The position numbers and the translations under genes were made by a program. A stretch of 64,000 bases of DNA from positions 65,737 to 129,736 of the forward strand of contig JAQCBH010000003.1 of NCBI GenBank assembly GCA_027621365.1, read 5' to 3'. Shown here one piece after another: positions 27,394 to 36,096 of this stretch (position 1 is its first letter; every line of letters begins with the position of its first letter). Source of the stretch: Bacteroidota bacterium. GTDB taxonomy: Bacteria; Bacteroidota; Bacteroidia; NS11-12g; UBA955. Under the pieces are notes generated by a model. The model ran no database searches. It saw only the letters and a list, made by a program, of their open reading frames with translations, and was not told the origin of the DNA.

Positions 27394-28608
27394 ATGCAAG
27401 AGCAGAAAATTGCCATTGTAGGAGCAGGTATAACAGGAATATCCATCGCCCGAGCCTGTCACGAGGCGGGGATTGCCTACGACTGGTATGAAAAAGAATC
27501 CGAACCGGGTGGCTTGCTCCGAACCGATGTTGTCGACGGTTTTGCCCTTGATCATGGATTCCAAGTCCTGCAATCAGGCTATAGTGAATTGGCTGAGATG
27601 TATGCCACTCAACCTTTTCAATCCTATAAGCGATACGCCAATGGTGCTTGGATCATCAAAAAGGGATCGCGCAGTTTGCTGAGCCATCCCAAAGAAGGTC
27701 TAGCGCCCACTTTGAAAACCTTGTTCAATCAAGACATCAGCCTGGGCGATAAGGTCAAAATTGTTCTGCTTCAGCAATTTGTTTCGGGTAAATCTGACGC
27801 GGAATTGATGGAGAGACCGCAGCTTCAGCAATCCACTCTGTCCTTTTTGCAAGGGTTTGGGTTCAGTTCGAAGGCCATCCATTACTTCTTTAAGCCATGG
27901 TTTTCGGGTGTCTTCTTGGAATCAGAACTCCAGAGTCCAGCTTCATTGTTTTGCTTGTTTTACAAGGCTTTTTCCAAAGGTGGAGCCCTACTGCCTCCCT
28001 TGGGTATTCAGCAATTTGCCCGCGATTTGACAAGTACATTGCCCAGTGAGAATCGCTTCTGGGGCAAGGAAGTGCATCCCCAAGCTCAAGGGGAACAATG
28101 GGTAATAGAAGGAAGAGTATATGAACAGGTAGTATGGGCCGCTGGCTCCAATAATCCACAGAGTCCAAGTCCAGATTACCGTTCTGCAGAAACCTTGTAT
28201 TTTGCGGCTGAGTCAGACGCCGATTTGGGTATATACTTAGCCTTGAATGCGGAGAGCACTACACAGGTTCAAACCTTTAGCATACCTAGTAATGTAGAGC
28301 CCAGTTATGCTCCAAAGGGTCAGTGCTTATGGTCTGTGCAAATACGACCTGAGTCATTTGGAGCCCCTGAACAGGATGTTTGGTCGGAGGTTCAAGATTT
28401 GTTGGGAATTTCTTTAACAGGACGCTTTTTGCGTCGCTACACCATCCATCAGGCTCTTCCTATTGTTGATACTCTGAATCTCAGATCCACACCGCATCTG
28501 AATTCAAGCGGCAGTTCGATGGCTGGACCTCAATTTGGGTACCCAAGTCTGCAATCGGCTTGGAATTCCGGCAAAGAATGGGTCAGGATTGCGTCAGAGA
28601 ATCAATAA
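27394..28608 (+). CDS. NAD(P)/FAD-dependent oxidoreductase (amine-oxidase / protoporphyrinogen-oxidase-like fold)
   Basis: N-terminal KIAIVGAGITGISIARAC plus GGLLRT motif typical of the amine-oxidase superfamily. Confidence 0.55.
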   Translation: MQEQKIAIVGAGITGISIARACHEAGIAYDWYEKESEPGGLLRTDVVDGFALDHGFQVLQSGYSELAEMYATQPFQSYKRYANGAWIIKKGSRSLLSHPKEGLAPTLKTLFNQDISLGDKVKIVLLQQFVSGKSDAELMERPQLQQSTLSFLQGFGFSSKAIHYFFKPWFSGVFLESELQSPASLFCLFYKAFSKGGALLPPLGIQQFARDLTSTLPSENRFWGKEVHPQAQGEQWVIEGRVYEQVVWAAGSNNPQSPSPDYRSAETLYFAAESDADLGIYLALNAESTTQVQTFSIPSNVEPSYAPKGQCLWSVQIRPESFGAPEQDVWSEVQDLLGISLTGRFLRRYTIHQALPIVDTLNLRSTPHLNSSGSSMAGPQFGYPSLQSAWNSGKEWVRIASENQ

Positions 28609-28768
28609 GTCAGTCCCCAATGCGTTACTCAATCAAGCGACTTTAGCAATGGGTAGAAGGCCACTGATTTCAAGCATTTTCGAGTGTTAGTTAACAATTT
28701 GGTTACTTGTTTTTCATGCGGGGTCACCTTATTATTGCAGCGCTAAAAATTGAAACTATCAAACTATT

Positions 28769-29581
28769 ATGAGCAATAAATCAAACAATTCGGGAAGCAA
28801 TACCTTGATGGGGTACTTCGCGGGTGCGGCTATCATTGTCGCTTTGTTGACAGGCGTGCTGATTTACACCCAATTGATGGGAAATCCAGCCAACTTTGAA
28901 GGAGGAGACGTCGTTAAAGGACATCCAACCAATTTCTTAGGTATTTTTCACCGCGGTGGTTTCATCGTGCCTTTGTTGTTGGCCGTTAACATCATTGTTA
29001 TTTTGGTATCCATCGAGCGTTTCATCTCTATGAAGGCGGCTCAAGGCAAGGGAAGCACTACTGCTTTCATTCATGCCGTTCGCAACGCCATGGGCAAGAA
29101 CGACTTGGACGGTGCTATCGCTATCTGCGACAAGCAGCAGGGCAGTTTGGCCAATGTGGTTCGCAGCGGATTGACTCGTTACCAAATTGTAAAAGGAAAC
29201 GACAAACTGACTCGTGACGAAAAGAAAACCGCCATTGAGAAAGAATTGGAAGAGGCTACTTCATTGGAATTGCCCATGTTGTCTCGCAACTTGGTTGTGA
29301 TTGCTACTTGCGTTTCTATCGGTACGTTGATCGGTTTGATCGGAACTGTATTCGGTATGATTCGTGCATTCGCGGCTTTGGCCAATGCTGGAGCTCCTGA
29401 TACGGCTGCATTGGCAACGGGTATCTCTGAGGCTTTGGTAAATACAGCTTCGGGTATCGTGGCTTCTACCTTGGCGGTAATTGCTTACAATTACTTCTCC
29501 AATCGTGTAGACTCTATGACTCACAGCATGGATGAGGCTTCTTATTCCATCGTGTCAAATTTTCAAGCCAATCACGAATAA
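28769..29581 (+). CDS. exbB: MotA/TolQ/ExbB proton-channel protein
   Basis: 3 TM helices and conserved C-terminal region (GLIGTVFGMIRAFAALA...ISEALVNTASGIVAS). Confidence 0.85.
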   Translation: MSNKSNNSGSNTLMGYFAGAAIIVALLTGVLIYTQLMGNPANFEGGDVVKGHPTNFLGIFHRGGFIVPLLLAVNIIVILVSIERFISMKAAQGKGSTTAFIHAVRNAMGKNDLDGAIAICDKQQGSLANVVRSGLTRYQIVKGNDKLTRDEKKTAIEKELEEATSLELPMLSRNLVVIATCVSIGTLIGLIGTVFGMIRAFAALANAGAPDTAALATGISEALVNTASGIVASTLAVIAYNYFSNRVDSMTHSMDEASYSIVSNFQANHE

Positions 29582-29639
29582 GGCATTTACCTTTTTCGCG
29601 ATACATGCATTAACCATCAAATTTTAAACAGAAGCGCAC

Positions 29640-30329
29640 ATGCCAAAAGTTAAGATGCCCAAATCCTCTCCGAGCCTGGATATGACTCCCATGGTGGATT
29701 TGGCTTTTTTGCTTGTGACCTTCTTCATGTTGACCTCAAGCTTCAAAGCACCAGAACCCGTGATGGTCGATCCTCCTGCCAGTACTACAGAGGCTGAGAT
29801 CCCCAAGCAGGTTTTTCTAGTGGCCATTGATCCTTCTGGCCGAGTGTTTGTAGACATCACCAACAACGCTGTTAAAACTCAAGTTTTGACCAAGCTGTTG
29901 GCGACCAAAAAACTCGGAATGGAAGGTCAGGACCTGAATAAACTGGTGGGAGCGGGACCCCTGGGAATGAGCATCAAGCAATTCCCTGAATACGCTGCCT
30001 TGGAATCATCTGAACGTGAATCTTTCAACCAAAGCGTTCGAGGTATTCCCTACGATACAACTTCAGATGTAGCCAAAATCAAGGCTAGTGAATTGTATCT
30101 ATGGGCTTACCACGCACGATTGGAAGCGCACAATGATTTCAATGCTCGAGAGGCTGAGGCGAAGAAGAGAAACTTGGATTTTGACAAATCCCAATACATG
30201 CAGTTTGCCATCAAGGCAGACTTTGATGTTCCTTATACCTTAGTAGAGAAGGTCATCAATGTATTCCGTCAAGCTCAAGTCAAGCAGTTTCAAATGATCA
30301 CGGACCTGGAGGATGCTCCAGAAATTTAA
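29640..30329 (+). CDS. exbD: ExbD/TolR biopolymer transport protein (long form)
   Basis: N-terminal MTPMVDLAFLLVTFFMLTSSF motif. Confidence 0.8.
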   Translation: MPKVKMPKSSPSLDMTPMVDLAFLLVTFFMLTSSFKAPEPVMVDPPASTTEAEIPKQVFLVAIDPSGRVFVDITNNAVKTQVLTKLLATKKLGMEGQDLNKLVGAGPLGMSIKQFPEYAALESSERESFNQSVRGIPYDTTSDVAKIKASELYLWAYHARLEAHNDFNAREAEAKKRNLDFDKSQYMQFAIKADFDVPYTLVEKVINVFRQAQVKQFQMITDLEDAPEI

Positions 30330-30347
30330 TCGAAAGGAGAAAACGCA

Positions 30348-30986
30348 ATGGCACAATTAGACACCGGAGGTGGAGCCCAAGGCGGGAAAGGCAAAAAAAG
30401 AGCAAAGAAAGCCAGCACAGCGATCGACATGACGCCAATGGTTGACTTGGCCTTCTTGTTGTTGACCTTTTTCGTATTGACTTCAACCTTCTCAAAGCCG
30501 AAAGTTCTCCGAATGATTTTTCCGGAGAAAATCGACAAAAACGATCCAGCTATGAAGGCTCCTGAGGTGAAAAATGGTCTGACCATTTTACTCACAGGAG
30601 AGAATAAGATCTATTATTATAAGGGTTCTTTGAGACCAGAGACCGAGTTGATTGAAACCGATTATACCAAAGATGGCGTTCGCAAAGTCTTGGTTGAAAG
30701 TAATTTGGATTTGTTGACTCAGTTGAAAGGTTTTCAGGAAGAGCTGAATAAAATTGACGAGAAGGATACGGCGAAGACCAACGCTATCAATGCGCAGGTA
30801 ACCCAAGCACAGAAAGATTCCAAGCTCGTTGTTTTGCTCAAGCACGATAAAAAGGCCACTTACGGTAATGTCATCGATATCATGGACGAATTCTTGATTG
30901 CACGGATCGCTAAGTATTTCAAGGTCGATGATGACATGGCTGAGATGGAGAAGAAACTAATCGCTGACTATCAATCAAGGGGGTAA
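30348..30986 (+). CDS. exbD: ExbD/TolR biopolymer transport protein (second copy)
   Basis: MTPMVDLAFLLLTFFVLTSTF motif; preceded by AGGAGA SD-like sequence. Confidence 0.8.
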   Translation: MAQLDTGGGAQGGKGKKRAKKASTAIDMTPMVDLAFLLLTFFVLTSTFSKPKVLRMIFPEKIDKNDPAMKAPEVKNGLTILLTGENKIYYYKGSLRPETELIETDYTKDGVRKVLVESNLDLLTQLKGFQEELNKIDEKDTAKTNAINAQVTQAQKDSKLVVLLKHDKKATYGNVIDIMDEFLIARIAKYFKVDDDMAEMEKKLIADYQSRG

Positions 30987-30989
30987 GCA

Positions 30990-31808
30990 ATGGCAGAAAA
31001 TATGTTCAATCAATGGGAGCAAATAGATTCAAGCGATCGCTTGGAGCTCGTATTTGCCGACCGATTCAAAGGCTATGGCGCTTATGTTATTCGTAAGCAG
31101 TTCAAAAGAGGACAAGTCATTGCCACACTTTCCGCCTGTTTGTTCGCCTTATTGGCTGCCTCTACGCCTTATATCTTGAACGCCATCAACGGTCAAGAAG
31201 AGGAGACGAAGACAGTCAAATTGGTCGTGACGAATTTGGATGACGTAGAAGCGCCTGAAGAGGAAGAAGAGAAGCCCGATGAGCCACCTCCAATCGAGGA
31301 GCCCGAGCCCATCGCTACCCAGGCCTACGCTGTACCTGAAATCAATGAAGACGCCACTGAAGATTCACCCATCAATCCTCCTGATTTGGTTCAAAATGCA
31401 GGTCTACAGGATCAAGCGGGTTCAGATGACTTCTTGGCGCCTGACATGAATACTGGAGGCGGTTCAGGTCCTTTCCAGGGCGATGACGGTCCTAAAACCA
31501 AAGTAGACATTCGGGCTGAATACCCGGGTGGAGAAAAGGCCTTCCGCGACTACGTCAAATACGAGTTCATTTACCCCATTCGCTGCCAAGACGAAGGCAT
31601 CAATGGATCGGTGAACTTGCGTTTCATTGTAGATAAGACGGGTCGTATCAGCAACATTCAGGTTTTGGATGAAACCAAGAGTTGCCCCGAGTTTACCCAA
31701 GAAGCCATTCGTGTTCTGAAGGCATCCAAGCGATGGATTCCCGCTCAGGTGAATGGCAACTTCACCACGGCTTGGCGCGAATTGCCCATCAAGCTGGCGG
31801 TTGAGTAA
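30990..31808 (+). CDS. tonB: energy transducer TonB
   Basis: N-terminal TM, Pro/Glu-rich spacer (EEEEKPDEPPPIEEPEP), C-terminal TonB domain (YPGGEKAFRDYV...INGSVNLRFIVDKTGRI). Confidence 0.8.
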   Translation: MAENMFNQWEQIDSSDRLELVFADRFKGYGAYVIRKQFKRGQVIATLSACLFALLAASTPYILNAINGQEEETKTVKLVVTNLDDVEAPEEEEEKPDEPPPIEEPEPIATQAYAVPEINEDATEDSPINPPDLVQNAGLQDQAGSDDFLAPDMNTGGGSGPFQGDDGPKTKVDIRAEYPGGEKAFRDYVKYEFIYPIRCQDEGINGSVNLRFIVDKTGRISNIQVLDETKSCPEFTQEAIRVLKASKRWIPAQVNGNFTTAWRELPIKLAVE

Positions 31809-31836
31809 ACGAAACCACAATCTGTGAATAAGAGAA

Positions 31837-31865
31837 GGAGCGGCCATGGCCGCTCCTTTTTTTTG
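31837..31865 (+). terminator. rho-independent terminator (GGAGCGGCCATGGCCGCTCC + T9)
   Basis: Perfect 8-bp GC-rich hairpin followed by T-run, 28 nt after the tonB stop. Confidence 0.75.
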
Positions 31866-31883
31866 TTGCCCTACCTTTGATTC

Positions 31884-33347
31884 ATGCTGCGCGTTCGCGA
31901 TTTGCACATATCGACACCTTCCAAAACCCTGCTGCGATTGCCAGCCATCGACTTTCAGCCGGGAAGGGTGCACGCCATCATTGGGGAAAGCGGTTCAGGC
32001 AAAAGCTTGTTGTTGTTGGCCTTGATGGGTTTGTTGGCTCCCGAATTGAAACTAGAGGCCACAGCAATGGGTACATCCAGTGAAGATTGGTTGAATCTAG
32101 AATGGCGACAATGGCAACAAAAGAGAGGAAAGGAGTTGGGCATGGTCTTTCAGGAGCCCATGACGGCCCTAAATCCTCAAATGAAATGCGGAAAGCAACT
32201 GTTGGAGGCTTATCGTGTGCATCAGCCAGAAACCTCGCTGGAAGCAGCCCGTGAACATTGCATGGCGAAGCTCGAAAGAGCGGGGTTGGCAGGTTTAGCC
32301 CCCCGTGTAATGGATTCCTATCCCCATGAATTGAGCGGTGGTCAGCGACAACGCGTAGTGATTGCCATGGCTTGCATGCATGATCCGGCTTGGGTATTGG
32401 CCGATGAGCCCACAACGGCCTTGGATTCTTTTTCTCGTCAGGCCGTCATGAGTGATTTGCAGCGTATGTGCCAAGAGCAGGGTTCGGGATTGATATGGGT
32501 TTCCCATGAACTGGACATTGTTCCTCAATTGGCAGACGATATCAGCGTTTTGCGAAAAGGAGAACTGTTGGTCACTGGCTCCGTCCAAGAGGTGTTGAAT
32601 TCGCCCGATCCGCATTCCTATGTTCAAGAATTGCTAGCGGCTTTGCCTAAGGGAAGCATGAAACCCAGTCGCAAAGAAGAGTTGGTGTTGGACATTCAAA
32701 ATCTGTCCAAATCTTATAGGAAGGGGACCCAAGTTCTTCCCGTATTGAAAAACTTGAGCATTCAGGTTTATCGGGGTGAAACCCTAGTAATTCTGGGCAA
32801 AAGTGGCTCCGGTAAAAGCACCATCGCCAAAATATTGACCGGACTGGAATCCCTCGATTCCGGTCGCATTGACTACAAGGGCAAGCCTTTGCCTACGAAA
32901 GGACCCACCGGCATCCAGATGGTCTTTCAAGATCCCTATGCCTCTCTCAATCCGCAGGTAGACAATTGGTATGCTTTGGCTGAAATATTGGCCCTGCACC
33001 ACGGAGGCAAAGCCGGAGATTATCGCCGCCAGGCCAAAGAGGCCATGAGGCAAGTTCAATTGCCCGAATCCTTGTGGTCAGCAAGGCCCAGCCAAATGAG
33101 CGGTGGTCAGCGCCAGCGCTTGTGCATTGCCCGAGCCTTAATGAGCGAGCCTGAAGTCTTAGTATTGGACGAAGCGGTAGCGGCACTCGACCCATTGGTT
33201 CAGGCATCCGTGTTGGATTTGTTGAAGGCCTTGCAGCAGCGCACGGGAATGGTGTATGTGTTCATTACCCATGACCAAGCCGTGGCACGCAGCATGGGTC
33301 ACAGCATCGTTTATTTGGAAGAGGGCGAAGTGCGTCCCTATTCTTGA
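31884..33347 (+). CDS. ABC transporter ATP-binding protein with two fused ATPase domains (DppD/DppF-YejF-like), no adjacent permease
   Basis: Two Walker A motifs (GESGSGKS, GKSGSGKS), two ABC signatures (LSGGQRQRVVIAMA, MSGGQRQRLCIARA) and two Walker B motifs. Confidence 0.8.
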   Translation: MLRVRDLHISTPSKTLLRLPAIDFQPGRVHAIIGESGSGKSLLLLALMGLLAPELKLEATAMGTSSEDWLNLEWRQWQQKRGKELGMVFQEPMTALNPQMKCGKQLLEAYRVHQPETSLEAAREHCMAKLERAGLAGLAPRVMDSYPHELSGGQRQRVVIAMACMHDPAWVLADEPTTALDSFSRQAVMSDLQRMCQEQGSGLIWVSHELDIVPQLADDISVLRKGELLVTGSVQEVLNSPDPHSYVQELLAALPKGSMKPSRKEELVLDIQNLSKSYRKGTQVLPVLKNLSIQVYRGETLVILGKSGSGKSTIAKILTGLESLDSGRIDYKGKPLPTKGPTGIQMVFQDPYASLNPQVDNWYALAEILALHHGGKAGDYRRQAKEAMRQVQLPESLWSARPSQMSGGQRQRLCIARALMSEPEVLVLDEAVAALDPLVQASVLDLLKALQQRTGMVYVFITHDQAVARSMGHSIVYLEEGEVRPYS

Positions 33348-33411
33348 TCGATTGAGCGATAAGTGGAAATCCAAGTTTGCACCTTTGTCTGCTCTGGCGT
33401 AACCTTGAATC

Positions 33412-34245
33412 ATGCATATAAGGCTCCTGTTTTTGCTCCTGTTTTGCTGGGGATTCGCGTCGACTCTCCAAGCACAAACAAGCAGCACCATTCCGGCTAC
33501 CCACAAAGTCAAAAAGGGGGAGACCCTGTATGGCATTGGCCGAATGTATGGGATGACCGTACCCCAGCTTCAGAAAATGAATCCGGGCATAGGGGTATTG
33601 CAACCGGGTATGAAGCTCAATGTTCTCAAAACCATTACCCTTCCCCAAACCCGTCAGGAGACTGAAGCCAGTCCAGATCCGATCTATGGGACCGTGGTGC
33701 ACAACGTGCAAGCGGGCGAGACGCTGTATGCCCTGTCTCGCAAATACGGAGTAGGGGTTTCTGAGATTAAATCAGCCAACGGGCTGAGTTCTGATGTCTT
33801 GTCCATTGGTCAACGATTGAACATTCCGCGTCAGTTGATTCAAACACCCGTGCCTGAAGAAATACCTGTTCCGACTACTCCAAGAACGGTCCCTGTAACT
33901 CCGGTTCCAGAAAACCGCGCCGGAGGGATGCCAGAGACTGTGAGAAACTCTGCGCCCAGCAGAACCATGGAGAACAAACAATGGTCAGGTTCTGCCTCTG
34001 TAAACCCAGCTATCGATGCTCAGCGCCCCTGGGTGTATTTCGATCTGGGTTCTTCTTTTGGCTCAGCGCCCGTTGTGGTAGCGGTCATCAATCCCGCCAA
34101 TCAGCAAGTTCTATACTGCACCGTACAAGGCAAACCCAGCAGGGGCAATCAATTGGAGGTTTCTCAGTGGGTGGCCGATCGTTTGGGCATGGTTTCGGTT
34201 GGGGCTCCTGTTGTCGTGACCTATGCCAAGCCTATTTCAGAATAA
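33412..34245 (+). CDS. LysM peptidoglycan-binding domain protein (two LysM repeats)
   Basis: Signal peptide; two LysM motifs (HKVKKGETLYGIGRMYGMTVPQLQKMNP, HNVQAGETLYALSRKYGVGVSEIKSANGL). Confidence 0.75.
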   Translation: MHIRLLFLLLFCWGFASTLQAQTSSTIPATHKVKKGETLYGIGRMYGMTVPQLQKMNPGIGVLQPGMKLNVLKTITLPQTRQETEASPDPIYGTVVHNVQAGETLYALSRKYGVGVSEIKSANGLSSDVLSIGQRLNIPRQLIQTPVPEEIPVPTTPRTVPVTPVPENRAGGMPETVRNSAPSRTMENKQWSGSASVNPAIDAQRPWVYFDLGSSFGSAPVVVAVINPANQQVLYCTVQGKPSRGNQLEVSQWVADRLGMVSVGAPVVVTYAKPISE

Positions 34246-35425
34246 GGAAATTGCAGCGGCAGATGCCTCTGTTTGGGCTTTCATCCTAGCCGTAGCAAGC
34301 ATTCATTTTAGCCCTGCTATTGCATCGATCAGCTTGGCAATGGCCTTGATCGCTTTGTTGCTGTCAGGTTCAGAAAGGCGCATACAGTGGTTGGGCTTGT
34401 CAGTGGCTTTATTGTTGGTTTTACTGGAGTTCCTGGGATCAGTTCATCATCAGCGATTGCTGCTTCATTTGCCCTTGTATGTAGCCATGAGCGTTCATTT
34501 TGGGCCTTTGATGGCGCAGAGGTGGATCAACCGTTTTTACAAACTATGGTGGGCTTGGGTATTGCCCGTTATCTGGATTTCTTTGGCTTCCTTGTTGGAG
34601 TTTGCTCAACATCCGGAGTTTTACCGCCAAATGGTCATGGAAAGCAAACCCATGCCCTTGTTTAGCCAGGTTTATCACATTGAATATTCGGTCATTCAGG
34701 CCGTGTTGGTTTTGCTGTTGTTGAAGGGGTTGTTGAGCCGTCAAGTCGAAAATAGGTCCAGGGCCTGGGCAGTTCTTGTGTTGATGATTCTCTGTTTGCA
34801 TGCTCTTTCCGCACGCACGGGAATACTGGCCTTTTGGGTAGGGATGTTGGGTTTGTTATGGCCCTACAGACAGCGATTGAATTGGAAATATATTGGGTTC
34901 GTTCCCGTTGTTGTGCTGTTGCTCAGCTTGGGGACCATGCGTGAACGATTGAGTAATTCTTGGCAAGATTTGCAGACCTTGTTGCAAAACAGCGATCCCA
35001 ATCATCAGTCAATGGCTCAGCGATGGGAGGCATGGAAAGCGGCATGGCAGAGCATTCAGCACAAGCCCCTGGTGGGCTGGGGAAGTGGTCAAGTAGACCA
35101 AGCCATGGCCTGGTCTTACCAACAACAAACCGAGTTGAATGCTGAGAATTGGATTGGTCCACACAATCAATTCTTGGAGTTGGCCTTGCAAGGCGGCTTA
35201 TTGGCTGTGTTTTTGATCTTGGTTTGGGGTTTTGATTTCCTGCGTCGATCGTCTGATATCGCTTGGACTGCGGGTTTGGGCGTTGCTATGGTATTTGAGA
35301 GCTTAGGAGAGCGCCAGGCCGGTGTTTTGATGCTGGTTTTGGTGCTTATTTTTGTTCAAATGGAGACGAATAGACCCGCAAGGCATGAAAAAAGTGTAAA
35401 TGAAGCAGGATTGCTTGATTTATGA
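34223..35425 (+). CDS. O-antigen ligase/polymerase (Wzy_C) family membrane protein
   Basis: About 10 TM helices, conserved periplasmic-loop region (LVGWGSGQVDQ...IGPHNQFLELALQGGLL). Confidence 0.55.
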   Translation: MPSLFQNKEIAAADASVWAFILAVASIHFSPAIASISLAMALIALLLSGSERRIQWLGLSVALLLVLLEFLGSVHHQRLLLHLPLYVAMSVHFGPLMAQRWINRFYKLWWAWVLPVIWISLASLLEFAQHPEFYRQMVMESKPMPLFSQVYHIEYSVIQAVLVLLLLKGLLSRQVENRSRAWAVLVLMILCLHALSARTGILAFWVGMLGLLWPYRQRLNWKYIGFVPVVVLLLSLGTMRERLSNSWQDLQTLLQNSDPNHQSMAQRWEAWKAAWQSIQHKPLVGWGSGQVDQAMAWSYQQQTELNAENWIGPHNQFLELALQGGLLAVFLILVWGFDFLRRSSDIAWTAGLGVAMVFESLGERQAGVLMLVLVLIFVQMETNRPARHEKSVNEAGLLDL

Positions 35426-35437
35426 AGATTGCATTGC

Positions 35438-35445
35438 TATATTTG
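35438..35445 (+). promoter_or_regulatory. Bacteroidota-type -7 box TATATTTG (with CTTG about 20 nt upstream) driving rpmB-rpmG-DUF4295
   Basis: TAnnTTTG consensus 15 nt upstream of the rpmB ATG. Confidence 0.4.
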
Positions 35446-35459
35446 CAGCCCCAAAAATT

Positions 35460-35693
35460 ATGTCTCGCGTTTGTGATTTAACCGGAAAAAAGGCTATCAA
35501 GGGTAACAACGTTTCGCACTCTAACCGTAAAACGAAGCGTAGATTTTACCCCAACCTTCAGACTAAAAAGTTCTTCATTCCCGAAACTGGAGAGTGGATT
35601 ACATTGAAAGTTGCTGCCTCTACCATCAAGACTATCGACAAGAAGGGTATCTCTTCTTGCATCAACAATTTGTTCAAAACAGGAAAGATTTAA
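35460..35693 (+). CDS. rpmB: 50S ribosomal protein L28
   Basis: MSRVCDLTGKKAIKGNNVSHSNRKTKRRFYPNLQ matches L28; start set to ATG at 35460. Confidence 0.9.
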   Translation: MSRVCDLTGKKAIKGNNVSHSNRKTKRRFYPNLQTKKFFIPETGEWITLKVAASTIKTIDKKGISSCINNLFKTGKI

Positions 35694-35696
35694 ACG

Positions 35697-35879
35697 ATGG
35701 CTAAGAAAGGCAACCGTGTTCAGGTGATTTTGGAATGCACCGAGCAGAAAGGTTCTGGCGTACCCGGCATGAGCCGTTACATCACAACCAAGAATAAGAA
35801 AAATACAGCCGAGCGCATCGAGCTGAAGAAGTACAACCCTTACATGCGTAAAGTAACCGTCCATAAGGAGATTAAGTAA
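35697..35879 (+). CDS. rpmG: 50S ribosomal protein L33
   Basis: [19 protein letters not shown]...[23 protein letters not shown] matches L33. Confidence 0.9.
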   Translation: MAKKGNRVQVILECTEQKGSGVPGMSRYITTKNKKNTAERIELKKYNPYMRKVTVHKEIK

Positions 35880-36031
35880 TGGCTAAGAAAGTAGTTGCTA
35901 CCCTGAAAAAAGAAGGTGGTCAGGAATACGTGAAAGTGATTCGCACCATCAAATCTGCCAAATCTGGCGCTTACACCTTTAAGGAGGAAATCGTTCCTGC
36001 TGAATTGGTAAAAGCCACTTTGGAGAAATAA
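35879..36031 (+). CDS. DUF4295-family small protein (50 aa), missed by ORF track
   Basis: TAATG overlap with the rpmG stop; [50 protein letters not shown]; small K-rich ORF at the usual position after rpmB-rpmG in Bacteroidota. Confidence 0.65.
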   Translation: MAKKVVATLKKEGGQEYVKVIRTIKSAKSGAYTFKEEIVPAELVKATLEK

Positions 36032-36048
36032 ACCCATTTGCAAACGCG

Positions 36049-36078
36049 AAAAGCCCCAATTCTTGGGGCTTTTTTTTT
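36049..36078 (+). terminator. rho-independent terminator (AGCCCCAATTCTTGGGGCT + T8)
   Basis: Hairpin plus T-run directly after the DUF4295 ORF. Confidence 0.75.
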
Positions 36079-36096
36079 GCTAACTTCCCTACATCT

